Positions 49,046 through 58,179 of a stretch of DNA of 64,000 nt are shown piece after piece. The first letter of the stretch is position 1, and the number at the start of each line of letters is the position of its first letter. This DNA is from Phapecoctavirus DIJ07P2: the sequence record OZ035771.1; one strand, given 5' to 3'. A program made the position numbers and the translations under genes. Below the pieces are notes generated by a model, which worked only from the letters and a program-made list of their open reading frames with translations, did not search any database and had not been told where the DNA came from.

Positions 49046-50032
49046 CTACAAACTTTCAATAACCTGGCGTCGCAATTCGTTTGCATCTGCCAGATTATAA
49101 TGTGTTCGAACATGTTCCGCTAAGAACAAGCCGCGATCTTCCCGATAGTTCGGATTTCGAAGAAGCTTAACAATTTCGTAATGCCATTCTGCTTTATTCT
49201 CTGCATAAGCAACAGCGCGAGCATCTACAGGGTTAAAATAAGGTAATACCTTAGAACAAACAATCGGAATACCTTTTGCCCCAGCTTCAAGGATTTTGAG
49301 ATTACTTTTACAATTATTAAAATCATTATCTACCAAAGGAGCTATAGCAATAGCATGACTTTCGTAAACACTCATGTAATTATCTAAATCTTTTACAGCA
49401 GCTTTATATTTGGCATTTGGTAAATTTCTACGGATTTTAATCCACTCTTGCCCTGTGATACTCTGCGAAGCTTCATACCCCGCAATAGTAAGAAGTTCAT
49501 CATCAAAAGTGTTAGAGACTAGTCGTAAATCGGGTTCGTGACTAGCACCTCCAGCCCATACAATAGGGGTACCGGATGAACGATCATTTGACAAAGTGAA
49601 TTGTCCACTATCAAAAGGAAGTGCATTTCGGATCACAACAACATTCCTATTTAAGTGACGGATCTTATATGCCAAGTATTCCGTAGTCACAATAACCACA
49701 TCAGCAAGCTTAACCATAGCCACAATAGCATGAGTGTTTGACTCGTATAAACTTGCCAAATAATGCTCTGGATTAAGTTGGTAGAAATCATCTAAATCTA
49801 CAACAATCTTAACACCTTGACGTTTCAGGGACAGAACATATTCTGCCCCTTTAGAATGAATACGGTTAAACACGACAACATCTTTCTTAGGCTGAAAATT
49901 ATTGTTGTTAAATGGTACAACAATACGATGATAATCACAACCACTGTGAGGTTTTGCATCAATTTTCAGTTTAGTCCATTTTTTATTTGACATGTGCCAG
50001 TGCCTCCTCATAAGAAATTCGGATTTTCCCAT
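49046..50032 (-). CDS. glycosyltransferase-like protein, paralog 2
   Basis: 328 aa; same conserved blocks as 48094..49038 (tandem paralogs); EAGAKGIPIVCS resembles the GT-B nucleotide-sugar binding segment. Confidence 0.35.
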   Translation of the reverse strand: MGKSEFLMRRHWHMSNKKWTKLKIDAKPHSGCDYHRIVVPFNNNNFQPKKDVVVFNRIHSKGAEYVLSLKRQGVKIVVDLDDFYQLNPEHYLASLYESNTHAIVAMVKLADVVIVTTEYLAYKIRHLNRNVVVIRNALPFDSGQFTLSNDRSSGTPIVWAGGASHEPDLRLVSNTFDDELLTIAGYEASQSITGQEWIKIRRNLPNAKYKAAVKDLDNYMSVYESHAIAIAPLVDNDFNNCKSNLKILEAGAKGIPIVCSKVLPYFNPVDARAVAYAENKAEWHYEIVKLLRNPNYREDRGLFLAEHVRTHYNLADANELRRQVIESL

Positions 50033-50666
50033 TTTTAATATCTTCTAAAGACGCTTTATATTCTTCCCAGTTAATGCCAATAGCAGCTTCTTTCTCTTCT
50101 TTTGTCAGATTAGCAAAAGGCATAGGATTGTTTCCAAAAACATCGTCTGGGTGGATATAAGCCATGATACGAAGTGGACAAGGTATTGCCTGAATACCCT
50201 GATTCAAACCAGCAGCTTTCAAACGGTGTACCCATTCAGCATCTTCAAAACCATAACCGTGAGTGTAAGGGCGGAAATAACCCATCTTCTCAACAACGGC
50301 ACGAGAATACATTGCAAATTGACACATTGCAAGTTCCCAGAGAATAACTTCTCCTTTACTCCCAACAACTTTATCTTTGAAATACTCCGGCATACCAAAG
50401 AAATCCCATCCTCCAGAGACAGCTTGATCTACAAAATATGTTTCCCATCCCTCCATGATTGGGTAGCAATCGTCGTCAAAAATAAACCAATAATCATAAC
50501 CTTCTTCATAAAACTGGTGCATAAGTTCATTCCTGGCGTAAGCTACACCTTTACGATCTGGATCGTTGAATACTCGAAAATCTGCATGTGGATCTGTTAC
50601 AAGATAGTCTTTAAGTGGACGGACACCTACAGTGATAACACCCACTCCGATTTTAATATTTTCCAT
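49983..50666 (-). CDS. GT-A-like glycosyltransferase
   Basis: 227 aa; DxD-type motif FIFDDDCYP and downstream GYGFEDAEW acidic motif typical of GT-A fold enzymes. Confidence 0.4.
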   Translation of the reverse strand: MENIKIGVGVITVGVRPLKDYLVTDPHADFRVFNDPDRKGVAYARNELMHQFYEEGYDYWFIFDDDCYPIMEGWETYFVDQAVSGGWDFFGMPEYFKDKVVGSKGEVILWELAMCQFAMYSRAVVEKMGYFRPYTHGYGFEDAEWVHRLKAAGLNQGIQAIPCPLRIMAYIHPDDVFGNNPMPFANLTKEEKEAAIGINWEEYKASLEDIKNGKIRISYEEALAHVK

Positions 50667-50674
50667 TTTCTCTC

Positions 50675-51238
50675 CTAGATAGTTTTACTGTGATCGTGAC
50701 AGTGTAATAAATGATGTATAGACCGTTGAGGATTTGTTTGACCTAATCTGTAAATGTGAAACAGATACATTCCCCGCATCAATCCTAACCTCTTTCCTTT
50801 TTCATGTAAAGTGCGAGAGAAAATTAGGTCGAATTGGATAGATTTTTCTTCGAAAGGAATTTCATTCCACAATGATTTTCTAAAAAGCAAAAAGAAACCT
50901 GCCAGAGGTGTTCCGAAAGGAACTTCTTCAACACTCACTTTATGATATTCTCTTGCAATCTTAGCATATTCTATATGGTTTAGAATATCTGGATCATCGT
51001 TAATTTGGTTAGAGAAAAGCTGATAACCACTACCTAACCTGTTACAAGTTGCACCTATTACATCAAAAGGCGGGTTTGACATAACAAGCTCTTCAAGCAT
51101 AGATGGTTGATCAGGTAGGAGGAACATTGTATCGGTATCTCTTAAGCACACCCAACTATCATCTGGAAGAACGGCAATAGCTTCATTGATAGCCTTGCCG
51201 ATATTTCCTGTCAGATAGGGAGTAATATAATAAATCAT
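50675..51238 (-). CDS. hypothetical protein, possibly second GT-A-like enzyme
   Basis: 187 aa; CLRDTDTMFL acidic DxD-like motif; same operon as the glycosyltransferase genes. Confidence 0.3.
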   Translation of the reverse strand: MIYYITPYLTGNIGKAINEAIAVLPDDSWVCLRDTDTMFLLPDQPSMLEELVMSNPPFDVIGATCNRLGSGYQLFSNQINDDPDILNHIEYAKIAREYHKVSVEEVPFGTPLAGFFLLFRKSLWNEIPFEEKSIQFDLIFSRTLHEKGKRLGLMRGMYLFHIYRLGQTNPQRSIHHLLHCHDHSKTI

Positions 51239-51254
51239 TCTCCCCTCCGTTATA

Positions 51255-51446
51255 TTAACTGTCAGCTACAATCCCACGTTTAATCATCTCTTGTTGGATC
51301 TGGATCACACGATCTCGTGCTTCCATATATTCTTTAAAAGATTCTTGGAGATGATCACGAGCTACATCCCGTAGTTTAATCAGTTTGTCGTTTGTCACTT
51401 CTTGAAGAGAGATCTCGCCAGTTTCATTGGTCCCAAGCGTTTTCAT
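51255..51446 (-). CDS. hypothetical small coiled-coil protein
   Basis: 63 aa ORF. Confidence 0.25.
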   Translation of the reverse strand: MKTLGTNETGEISLQEVTNDKLIKLRDVARDHLQESFKEYMEARDRVIQIQQEMIKRGIVADS

Positions 51447-51702
51447 TTACAACCTCCTTAATAGCTACTGCACAGTTCTTACAAATACATTGACCTTTGT
51501 TCTTAGAAATTTCAATGTAAGGTTCATTTTCGTTTTCTCCGCGTCGTGAGTCGTATATTACTGTATTGAAGCAGACAACGCAAATGTTTTTAATAACGAC
51601 ATATTTTTGCACTTTCTGTTTAGTGCGAAAATTGACTTCAATGACTTCTCCCATCAATGAATCTCCCCTAAAATGTTGTTTTGAGACATTACTGCGGAGC
51701 AT
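51424..51702 (-). CDS. small zinc-ribbon protein
   Basis: 92 aa; CVVCFN...CICKNC cysteine pairs. Confidence 0.3.
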   Translation of the reverse strand: MLRSNVSKQHFRGDSLMGEVIEVNFRTKQKVQKYVVIKNICVVCFNTVIYDSRRGENENEPYIEISKNKGQCICKNCAVAIKEVVNENAWDQ

Positions 51703-51938
51703 TCTACAGCATCATGAGTCCTTGCAAAACGCTCCCACAACACAGCATCTACTTTAAGAACCATACAAGGATAAATACTGTCGTTGATCATGTCAATGCT
51801 ATATTTATCTACATCCTTTTCATCTTCCATAAACAAAGTAGCGTATGCTTCTAAATGCTTACGGGTGTAGTATACATCCTCTTCAGTAAGACCGACAACC
51901 AGGTAACTTGCTACAACAACAGTATTATCTTCTTGCAT
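51654..51938 (-). CDS. hypothetical protein
   Basis: Start moved to internal ATG with GGGGAG RBS (MQEDNTVVV...) so that it does not overlap the upstream hydrolase gene. Confidence 0.25.
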   Translation of the reverse strand: MQEDNTVVVASYLVVGLTEEDVYYTRKHLEAYATLFMEDEKDVDKYSIDMINDSIYPCMVLKVDAVLWERFARTHDAVECSAVMSQNNILGEIH

Positions 51939-51939
51939 T

Positions 51940-52461
51940 TTAACTCCCCTTTGGTAGATAGAAACCATGCACTTTATCTCGATAAACAAGACGCATATCA
52001 CGTTCCCAGTGTGTCCTTATATTCCGTTTCTTGAAGTATAGAGCACCTTTAGTAACATCTAAAACAGACCGCAATTCAGGAAAATGTTTCTCTAAATAAA
52101 GTAAACGCTCCGCTATTGCTTTTGCTTCCTGCCACTTATCTTTCTCTGTCACGTTAAAAGTTTTCGCATATGAGAATTGCCCTTTCTGGAACAAGACTCC
52201 TCTAACTGTGTTAGGGAAGTAGGTATCATTTCTTCTGTTGATTACCACATTCCCAACGGCATTCATTCCTTTTTTACCCAGACCGCGACCTTCTGCGTAA
52301 ATTGCACAAGCTAATAGAATTTTATCATTATATTGCTTTGTACATTTGTGAACTACTTTAGCGGTTTTTACGTTTGCAGCTTCGGCTTTCGCCACAACAG
52401 GTGTAAATGTAAAAGCAGTTAAGGATAGTAACGCAACTGTTACAAAGTTTTTTATCAGCAA
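51940..52461 (-). CDS. secreted cell wall hydrolase (SleB/CwlJ-like Hydrolase_2 family)
   Basis: 173 aa; N-terminal signal peptide (LLSLTAFTFTPVVAKA); AIYAEGRG...GMNAVGNVVINRR...FPNTVRGVLFQKGQFS resembles SleB-type lytic transglycosylase/amidase domain. Confidence 0.5.
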   Translation of the reverse strand: MLIKNFVTVALLSLTAFTFTPVVAKAEAANVKTAKVVHKCTKQYNDKILLACAIYAEGRGLGKKGMNAVGNVVINRRNDTYFPNTVRGVLFQKGQFSYAKTFNVTEKDKWQEAKAIAERLLYLEKHFPELRSVLDVTKGALYFKKRNIRTHWERDMRLVYRDKVHGFYLPKGS

Positions 52462-52519
52462 ATTTTGCCTCCTTTTTAAGTTAACGAATTTCTAGTATAA
52501 CACGATAGAGGCTTTATTG

Positions 52520-52545
52520 CAAGAGGGGGATTTCTCCCCCCCTCA
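52520..52545 (-). terminator. stem-loop/terminator downstream of terD
   Basis: GAGGGGG...CCCCCTC 7 bp stem with 8 nt loop just past the terD stop. Confidence 0.35.
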
Positions 52546-52562
52546 AAATCATTTGTTAATTA

Positions 52563-53165
52563 TTATGGACATTCATACCATTCTTTTTTACCACCGAAGG
52601 CCATCACCACATCACAAATATCCAGACCAGCTTTACCTACACCATATGCTTTCAGCTTCCATTCCCCATCTTCACGAACCAAGGAAGCCACGTGGCAGAT
52701 TGTGTTACCAGCTACTTCAGGAGCCAGGAAGTCAAAATCCAGAATTTCCACATTACGCTCGGAGTCGAAGATTTTAAGCATACCTTCAGAAGCATGACCA
52801 AAACGTTTCAGACCTGTATCATCATCAATGGTCAGAACAAAGGCAATCTCTTGTGCATCAGGAGAGATTTTAGCCAGAGTAATATCAATCTGCTCCATGC
52901 TGCCAGTCCCATCACGAACATCGTCACCAGCGAAGGTAGAACGTTCAGGATCAAACTTGTTAGCATAGCAAACCAGATGACGTGCGGACAGCATTTCAGG
53001 ATTGCCAGCGGCATTATGACGACAAACCAGTGCACTTACATCCAGATCCAGTTTAGAATCAGATTTCCAAGAGAATTCCAGGCGCAGTTCTTTCAGAGCC
53101 GGAGCAACTTTCTTCAGGGAAATTTTTTCGCTAGAGCCTTTTTTCAGGGAAATTTTATCAGTCAT
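52563..53165 (-). CDS. terD: TerD-family protein
   Basis: 200 aa; N-terminal duplicated KISLKK motif and overall TerD-like size and acidic pattern (FAGDDVRDGTGS, TIDDDTG); strongly host-optimal codon usage. Confidence 0.75.
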   Translation of the reverse strand: MTDKISLKKGSSEKISLKKVAPALKELRLEFSWKSDSKLDLDVSALVCRHNAAGNPEMLSARHLVCYANKFDPERSTFAGDDVRDGTGSMEQIDITLAKISPDAQEIAFVLTIDDDTGLKRFGHASEGMLKIFDSERNVEILDFDFLAPEVAGNTICHVASLVREDGEWKLKAYGVGKAGLDICDVVMAFGGKKEWYECP

Positions 53166-53180
53166 CTTTTGTCTCCTCTA

Positions 53181-53450
53181 TTATTTAAGTGTAATACCAG
53201 TTACAGTCAATTCTACTTCCAAAAGCTTAGATGTGTTTTGGATTGATACTAATTGTGCATGATGGTTTAGTTCTACAGCAGAATAATCATTTTCCCCATC
53301 ATCTACTTTTAAATAAACAATGATTTCACTAAGGTCTAAACCATTTTCGTCAAATGCATTTTCATAGACGAAAGTATCTCCTACATCCAAATCTTTAATG
53401 GTAAGGCATCGTTTATTTACTTTTTGCTCATCAATTTCGAAGTTTAACAC
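53181..53450 (-). CDS. small protein, paralog B of a duplicated family
   Basis: 89 aa; MLNFEIDEQK...DLDVGDTFVYENAFDENGLD...EVELTVTGITLK aligns with the protein at 54472..54750. Confidence 0.4.
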   Translation of the reverse strand: MLNFEIDEQKVNKRCLTIKDLDVGDTFVYENAFDENGLDLSEIIVYLKVDDGENDYSAVELNHHAQLVSIQNTSKLLEVELTVTGITLK

Positions 53451-53679
53451 TTCTTCCTCCTAATGTTATCTCCGGTTTGTATATACGAAGAATTATAGCA
53501 TTTTCATTTTCTTTGTCAACCCATTCTTCATAATCGGGCCATACATGAATCTCTACTCTACTTACAATATCTTCCATTCGCACAGTCCCAATGAAATACT
53601 CTTTGAGACTGCGCATAATGAAAGCTTCTCTCTCGCGCCAATAATTTTCTACGACTTGAGAGGCAAGCTCGTCGATCAT
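53431..53679 (-). CDS. hypothetical protein
   Basis: 82 aa ORF overlapping neighbours at both ends (translational coupling). Confidence 0.3.
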   Translation of the reverse strand: MIDELASQVVENYWREREAFIMRSLKEYFIGTVRMEDIVSRVEIHVWPDYEEWVDKENENAIILRIYKPEITLGGRSVKLRN

Positions 53680-54470
53680 TTTTTAGCACCTACTTTAACA
53701 ACCCACTCTCCGAACTCTTCAGATAAGAGTTTGTCATAAAGCTCTGAATCTGTCAAGTCTAAATCTTTAATGCCAATAAAACCAACATTATCATAAGCAT
53801 TTGCCAGTTCTTTCAGGAAGCCAAACTTCTCATTACCAACGCCAACCATGAACCAATAAATAGGTTTATTCTTATTCTCTTCAATAAGACGACGAACAGC
53901 ACTAGGATCACCATTCTCACCATCCGTCTGGAAGAATACAACACCAGGGGTAACGTCAGCACCTGGTTCAGATACAGCTACAACTTTTTCACGCTCTACA
54001 GACACTGTTTCAGTTTTACCAAGCAGACGATTAAAGAAGCCTTTCTTTGGAGCCTCCTCTTGTACCACTTGTTTAGTGGTAATATATTTGGTAACAGTGC
54101 CAAAATACTCATCGTAGATATCTGCCATTACAGGGGCGTAATTTGTTCCACCTCCGATACGAACATTGCGCATACATTTACCAACATAGTCATCGTAAAC
54201 GTCTGCTGTTGCTGGAGTAAGCTCTTGGGAACTCGTATTGAAGGCCCACATATCAATTTGTTGATTATCGTCGAACAGCATACCAAAAGGAAGCAGTTTA
54301 CCTACAAAATCACTCACTACCCCACTAGAATATAGGCCATGCATACTACCAGAAATATCTAGAGCACATGCTACACGAAGAACAATCTTACCTTCATTCA
54401 GGTTCTTATTCTTTTTCAGAGAGAAAGCAAGGTTTTCTTGACGTTTTTTCAGGCTGATTTTCTCGGACAT
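53676..54470 (-). CDS. vWA-domain protein with TerD-like N-terminus (TerY-like)
   Basis: 264 aa; N-terminal MSEKISLKK...FSLKK; MIDAS motif VACALDISGSM with downstream T and D residues (GGGTNY, FFQTDGENGD). Confidence 0.65.
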   Translation of the reverse strand: MSEKISLKKRQENLAFSLKKNKNLNEGKIVLRVACALDISGSMHGLYSSGVVSDFVGKLLPFGMLFDDNQQIDMWAFNTSSQELTPATADVYDDYVGKCMRNVRIGGGTNYAPVMADIYDEYFGTVTKYITTKQVVQEEAPKKGFFNRLLGKTETVSVEREKVVAVSEPGADVTPGVVFFQTDGENGDPSAVRRLIEENKNKPIYWFMVGVGNEKFGFLKELANAYDNVGFIGIKDLDLTDSELYDKLLSEEFGEWVVKVGAKK

Positions 54471-54471
54471 A

Positions 54472-54750
54472 TTATTTCTCCTTCTTAAGTGTAATATTGG
54501 TAACTTCTAAATCTACTTCCACCATATTTGTATCTGGCGGGATGCAATGAGTATAGCCTCGTTGTGCTAGTGATCCATTAATACAGATCGCACTGTTTGT
54601 GGAATTTTTAATGAACACCAAGTTACGGTAGGTATCCAACCCTGCGTCTTCATAGGCATCATAATACATGAATGTGTCCCCTATGCCAAGGTCTTCGAAA
54701 GCAATAGGTAAATCCTGACACTTTTCTTCTTGAATATTGAATCTAAACAC
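54472..54750 (-). CDS. small protein, paralog A of the duplicated family
   Basis: GTG start 5 nt after AGGAGG gives MFRFNIQEEK...DLGIGDTFMYYDAYEDAGLD...EVDLEVTNITLKKEK, collinear with 53181..53450. Confidence 0.4.
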   Translation of the reverse strand: MFRFNIQEEKCQDLPIAFEDLGIGDTFMYYDAYEDAGLDTYRNLVFIKNSTNSAICINGSLAQRGYTHCIPPDTNMVEVDLEVTNITLKKEK

Positions 54751-55306
54751 GCATACCTCCTCTACCAATTTTGAAGCCCAAATCGTAAGCTTCCTTAGTG
54801 ATCTTTTGTAACTCACTTATAGAAAGTGTTACAAGAGGATCATCTTCTTCAATTTCCATCTTGTCATCTTCTGTTTCAATGAGAGTATTATGCACTTTGT
54901 GATAAGGGTTGTCAACACGTTTAAACTTATTCTTTTCTGTGCTGAAAAAACAATCTGGATCTTCTTCACCATCACCCCAACCTTGGTTAGGATCTCCGTC
55001 AGATTGTTCTGTAGGGATTTCACCTGTAAAGTACTTTTCCAGCACCATAGCGATACCGTCTCTTGGATTTGAGGAATGCATTAAATCACAAACCTTACCC
55101 CAATCCATAGCCCATTCGAACCGTTCACGAACGCCATTTTCATCCTCCTTTCCAGAGAAAACACAACCATAACTATCATAGTTGCCATACATCTCTTCAA
55201 TAACAACACCATCCTTCAAAAGAAAGAGATAGCAAGGTGATCCGTCGAAAGAAGTAGAAAGGGCAGCTTTGCCCGATTCCTTACACAAAAAGCTAAAACA
55301 ACCCAT
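54743..55306 (-). CDS. hypothetical acidic protein
   Basis: 187 aa ORF; stop overlaps next start. Confidence 0.3.
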   Translation of the reverse strand: MGCFSFLCKESGKAALSTSFDGSPCYLFLLKDGVVIEEMYGNYDSYGCVFSGKEDENGVRERFEWAMDWGKVCDLMHSSNPRDGIAMVLEKYFTGEIPTEQSDGDPNQGWGDGEEDPDCFFSTEKNKFKRVDNPYHKVHNTLIETEDDKMEIEEDDPLVTLSISELQKITKEAYDLGFKIGRGGMRV

Positions 55307-55503
55307 TACAAACCCTCCTTCAGATTATCAAGAGCTATAGTGGTTTCACAAAAGTCTCCATACGCTTTATGATGTTCTAGAAAAGCTTCAGGTCCACCCC
55401 AATCATTATCTTGTGTATTCCAACCATCAATAAAAGCATCTTCAATGATTGTGATCAGTTCCTGTCGAGTCAACGTAATGGTATCAGGTTTTGGATTATG
55501 CAT
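55306..55503 (-). CDS. hypothetical small protein
   Basis: 65 aa ORF; start overlaps upstream stop (ATGCATAA). Confidence 0.25.
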   Translation of the reverse strand: MHNPKPDTITLTRQELITIIEDAFIDGWNTQDNDWGGPEAFLEHHKAYGDFCETTIALDNLKEGL

Positions 55504-55669
55504 CTTCTTCCTCCTCTAAAATACGAAACCCATAGTTACAATAGTCCTGAAAGGTTTCGTGTGCAAGATCTTCTATATCCTCTTGAGACATATCATCTTC
55601 AATTTCGATATCCACAACCTCATTGCATCCACACCAAGCAGTTTCAATATTCACTCGTAAAGTTTTCAT
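55496..55669 (-). CDS. hypothetical small acidic protein (57 aa)
   Basis: ORF below the track size cutoff; start overlaps upstream stop (ATGA), end overlaps next start; fits the chain of coupled small genes. Confidence 0.2.
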   Translation of the reverse strand: MKTLRVNIETAWCGCNEVVDIEIEDDMSQEDIEDLAHETFQDYCNYGFRILEEEEDA

Positions 55670-55872
55670 TCTTCTTCCTCATTAAATTCCACATCAGAAA
55701 TAACTTTAAATCTACCAAAGTTACGACAACCTTCATAGATATATCCATCACGACAAGCTGCAAAAATATCTGGAGTTTGTAGCTGGGTCATTGGGGCAAA
55801 GCGTTTCTCTTCGTCATAACGAACACCTATTTCTCCAGCTTGTTCGTCAAGCATGTATACACGGATTCTCAT
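55666..55872 (-). CDS. hypothetical small protein
   Basis: 68 aa ORF; start overlaps upstream stop. Confidence 0.25.
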   Translation of the reverse strand: MRIRVYMLDEQAGEIGVRYDEEKRFAPMTQLQTPDIFAACRDGYIYEGCRNFGRFKVISDVEFNEEEE

Positions 55873-56981
55873 TTACCCAACCCCTTCTTAACAGCGTCAA
55901 CCATCCCATCTTCGAGAGATTGAACTTCATTGATATAATCAACACGGGCAGCACGGGCTTCCGTATTGATGCGGTTAGTTTCTTCCAACATCTTAACCAA
56001 GTTTTCCTGATCGTGACGCAGAGTTTCAATATCCAACACTTGACGGTTAGCCAGTGCTGCTGCTTCGATCTGATTCTGTGTGGCAAGATCGCTACCCAGT
56101 TTAATTGCCAGGTTAAATTCATCAAGAACGTTATTCTGTGTCTCTGCGGCTTTCATTTGACGTAAGCTCTCAATATACATTGAGAAGTTAGCAGAGTAAG
56201 CAGGAATAACATTATTTACTATGTTACGCGCAGATCGCATTAAGCTTGCAGAAACTTTTTGCATACCTTGCACACGTGGTCCCATTTGGACACACAGTAG
56301 GCGCAATGCTTTTAAATCCGCAATACGAATCTCCAGAAGATCCAAAGTATCTCGGATCGCTTGTCGCTGTTCTACCGCATCTTCTGGAAGAGCAGCCAAA
56401 GCTTGTTCTTCTTTTTCATAGGTTGCTGTTAGAAGCTGCATATCTCGGTTCAAACTTGCAGCATATTGTCCAATAGCTTGATGTAGCTTTTCAAGATATA
56501 CCAAGGAATCTTCTTCTTTGCGAATATCCATTTGAAGGTTCTTTACCAACTCTTCAATACGGTTATTAACATTATCAAACTCCCCAAACAGGTCTTCTTT
56601 CATACCCATAACTTTTTTAATGAGTTTAGTAATACCTTTGCTTTGTTTAATAGAGTTTGGATCAAGTTGTTTTGCCTGTTTAATCAAAGCTGTGAGTCGT
56701 TCACTCATCTGATCGCCTTGATTACTACGTTGATGTTTTAATACCTCGGCATTCAAGGAACGCAAGGTTGTTCCTGCCTCTGCCCCGATCTCTTCGATCT
56801 CTTGTCGTGTCATAGAAGGTAAAACTGGAACTTCTTGCGGTGCCGCTGGTGCATAAACAGGACTGGCATCTAACACGCTTGGAGCGAATACAGATTTACT
56901 TGCATCTGTTGTTGCAGCAAATACGCTCATTTCAGGTTTCTTCTGACAGCCAGTAGCTGCTTTTAAAAATGGACTTGTCAT
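55869..56981 (-). CDS. TelA-like (toxic anion resistance family) alpha-helical protein
   Basis: 370 aa, predominantly helical/coiled-coil, size and genomic association with TerD/TerC consistent with TelA-type proteins; family assignment from memory, not searched. Confidence 0.4.
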   Translation of the reverse strand: MTSPFLKAATGCQKKPEMSVFAATTDASKSVFAPSVLDASPVYAPAAPQEVPVLPSMTRQEIEEIGAEAGTTLRSLNAEVLKHQRSNQGDQMSERLTALIKQAKQLDPNSIKQSKGITKLIKKVMGMKEDLFGEFDNVNNRIEELVKNLQMDIRKEEDSLVYLEKLHQAIGQYAASLNRDMQLLTATYEKEEQALAALPEDAVEQRQAIRDTLDLLEIRIADLKALRLLCVQMGPRVQGMQKVSASLMRSARNIVNNVIPAYSANFSMYIESLRQMKAAETQNNVLDEFNLAIKLGSDLATQNQIEAAALANRQVLDIETLRHDQENLVKMLEETNRINTEARAARVDYINEVQSLEDGMVDAVKKGLGK

Positions 56982-57568
56982 TCTTCATTCTCCTCTTCTG
57001 CATCTCTTATATATGGTGAAACACCGTACTCTTTAGCTACTTTAACCCAATCGTCCCATTTATACAACCATAATTTTCCTTCGGTCCCTTCTTTATCTGA
57101 TTTCAACCACATATTAGGTTGCTTACCTGGGTACATGCGATTAGGTTTACGATTATAACCTCTAACACATCTTGTCGCAAACCTATCTACCAGAACAAGA
57201 ACATATTTATATTCGTGGTTCAACGGCTCTTTGGAAGTGGCTTTAGGATTAGCCCCTAACTCTGCTGCCAGTTTTTGCCAATGAGCACCGTGTCTACTAA
57301 ACTTACCCATACAACCATCAATAGCATGAGCAATTTCGTGCTTCATTGTATCCACGATCATATCTCTTGTAGAGTTCTTATGCAAGTGCCAATTTACAAC
57401 AACAATTTTATCTCGGTAATTGCACCAACCAAAAGAGTTATTCACTTTGTTTCTAACGCAAGCTTTATATCCTGCTTCACGTAACATGTTGTAGTAAACA
57501 GGAAAATCTTCTTTTATTTCCTGCATCACTTCCCACCACAAGAGTTGCAAGTCTCTCTCGGTATGCAT
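56978..57568 (-). CDS. SprT-like zinc metallopeptidase
   Basis: 196 aa; HEIAHAIDG (HExxH) zinc-binding motif in a SprT-like context; basic C-terminal region. Confidence 0.45.
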   Translation of the reverse strand: MHTERDLQLLWWEVMQEIKEDFPVYYNMLREAGYKACVRNKVNNSFGWCNYRDKIVVVNWHLHKNSTRDMIVDTMKHEIAHAIDGCMGKFSRHGAHWQKLAAELGANPKATSKEPLNHEYKYVLVLVDRFATRCVRGYNRKPNRMYPGKQPNMWLKSDKEGTEGKLWLYKWDDWVKVAKEYGVSPYIRDAEEENEE

Positions 57569-57571
57569 AAC

Positions 57572-58165
57572 TTACACCTTAAAAGTGAAATGCGTGGTCG
57601 TGGCTTCAAAATCAGGACCAGATAAACGTGCACTGAAATCTGAAATATTTGTAATTAAAAAGCTTTTATGCATACCTAACACAGCCACGCTTTCAATATC
57701 TTCTACTAACATTTCAATCATGTTAGAAACATGGCTGAACGTAGGGTTTTGTTTTTTGATGGTGTAGAAAGAAAGATTCCCACCTGCTGTATAAGATACC
57801 TCTTCAAAATCTTTAATCGTATATTGTGTGCCATCAGTAAAGAAAATGGTAGCTTTATTAGTAGCACGTTTCTTGTTTTTTGGTCCTTTTTTACGTTTAC
57901 TGCGAGTAGGCAAACCGTTTGGGAACACCATAGCTACAAATTCTTCAGGAGAAACCTCCTTACCGAAATCATAACCATAAGAAACAGCGTCTATAAACTC
58001 GTCGTCTTCATTTTTAAAATAATGAAAATAGGGCCAATTTGAGAGATTATCGAGCATCTTATGCTCATCCACAGCAGAGAACGTATCCCTCAAAGCACGT
58101 GTGATTTGCAAAGCATTAGGCAAACTTTTAACACCTGTAATGGAAGTACGAATAGAAATTGTCAT
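57572..58165 (-). CDS. hypothetical protein
   Basis: 197 aa ORF; basic KRKKGPKNKKR segment. Confidence 0.3.
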   Translation of the reverse strand: MTISIRTSITGVKSLPNALQITRALRDTFSAVDEHKMLDNLSNWPYFHYFKNEDDEFIDAVSYGYDFGKEVSPEEFVAMVFPNGLPTRSKRKKGPKNKKRATNKATIFFTDGTQYTIKDFEEVSYTAGGNLSFYTIKKQNPTFSHVSNMIEMLVEDIESVAVLGMHKSFLITNISDFSARLSGPDFEATTTHFTFKV

Positions 58166-58179
58166 TGTTTTTCTCCTTA

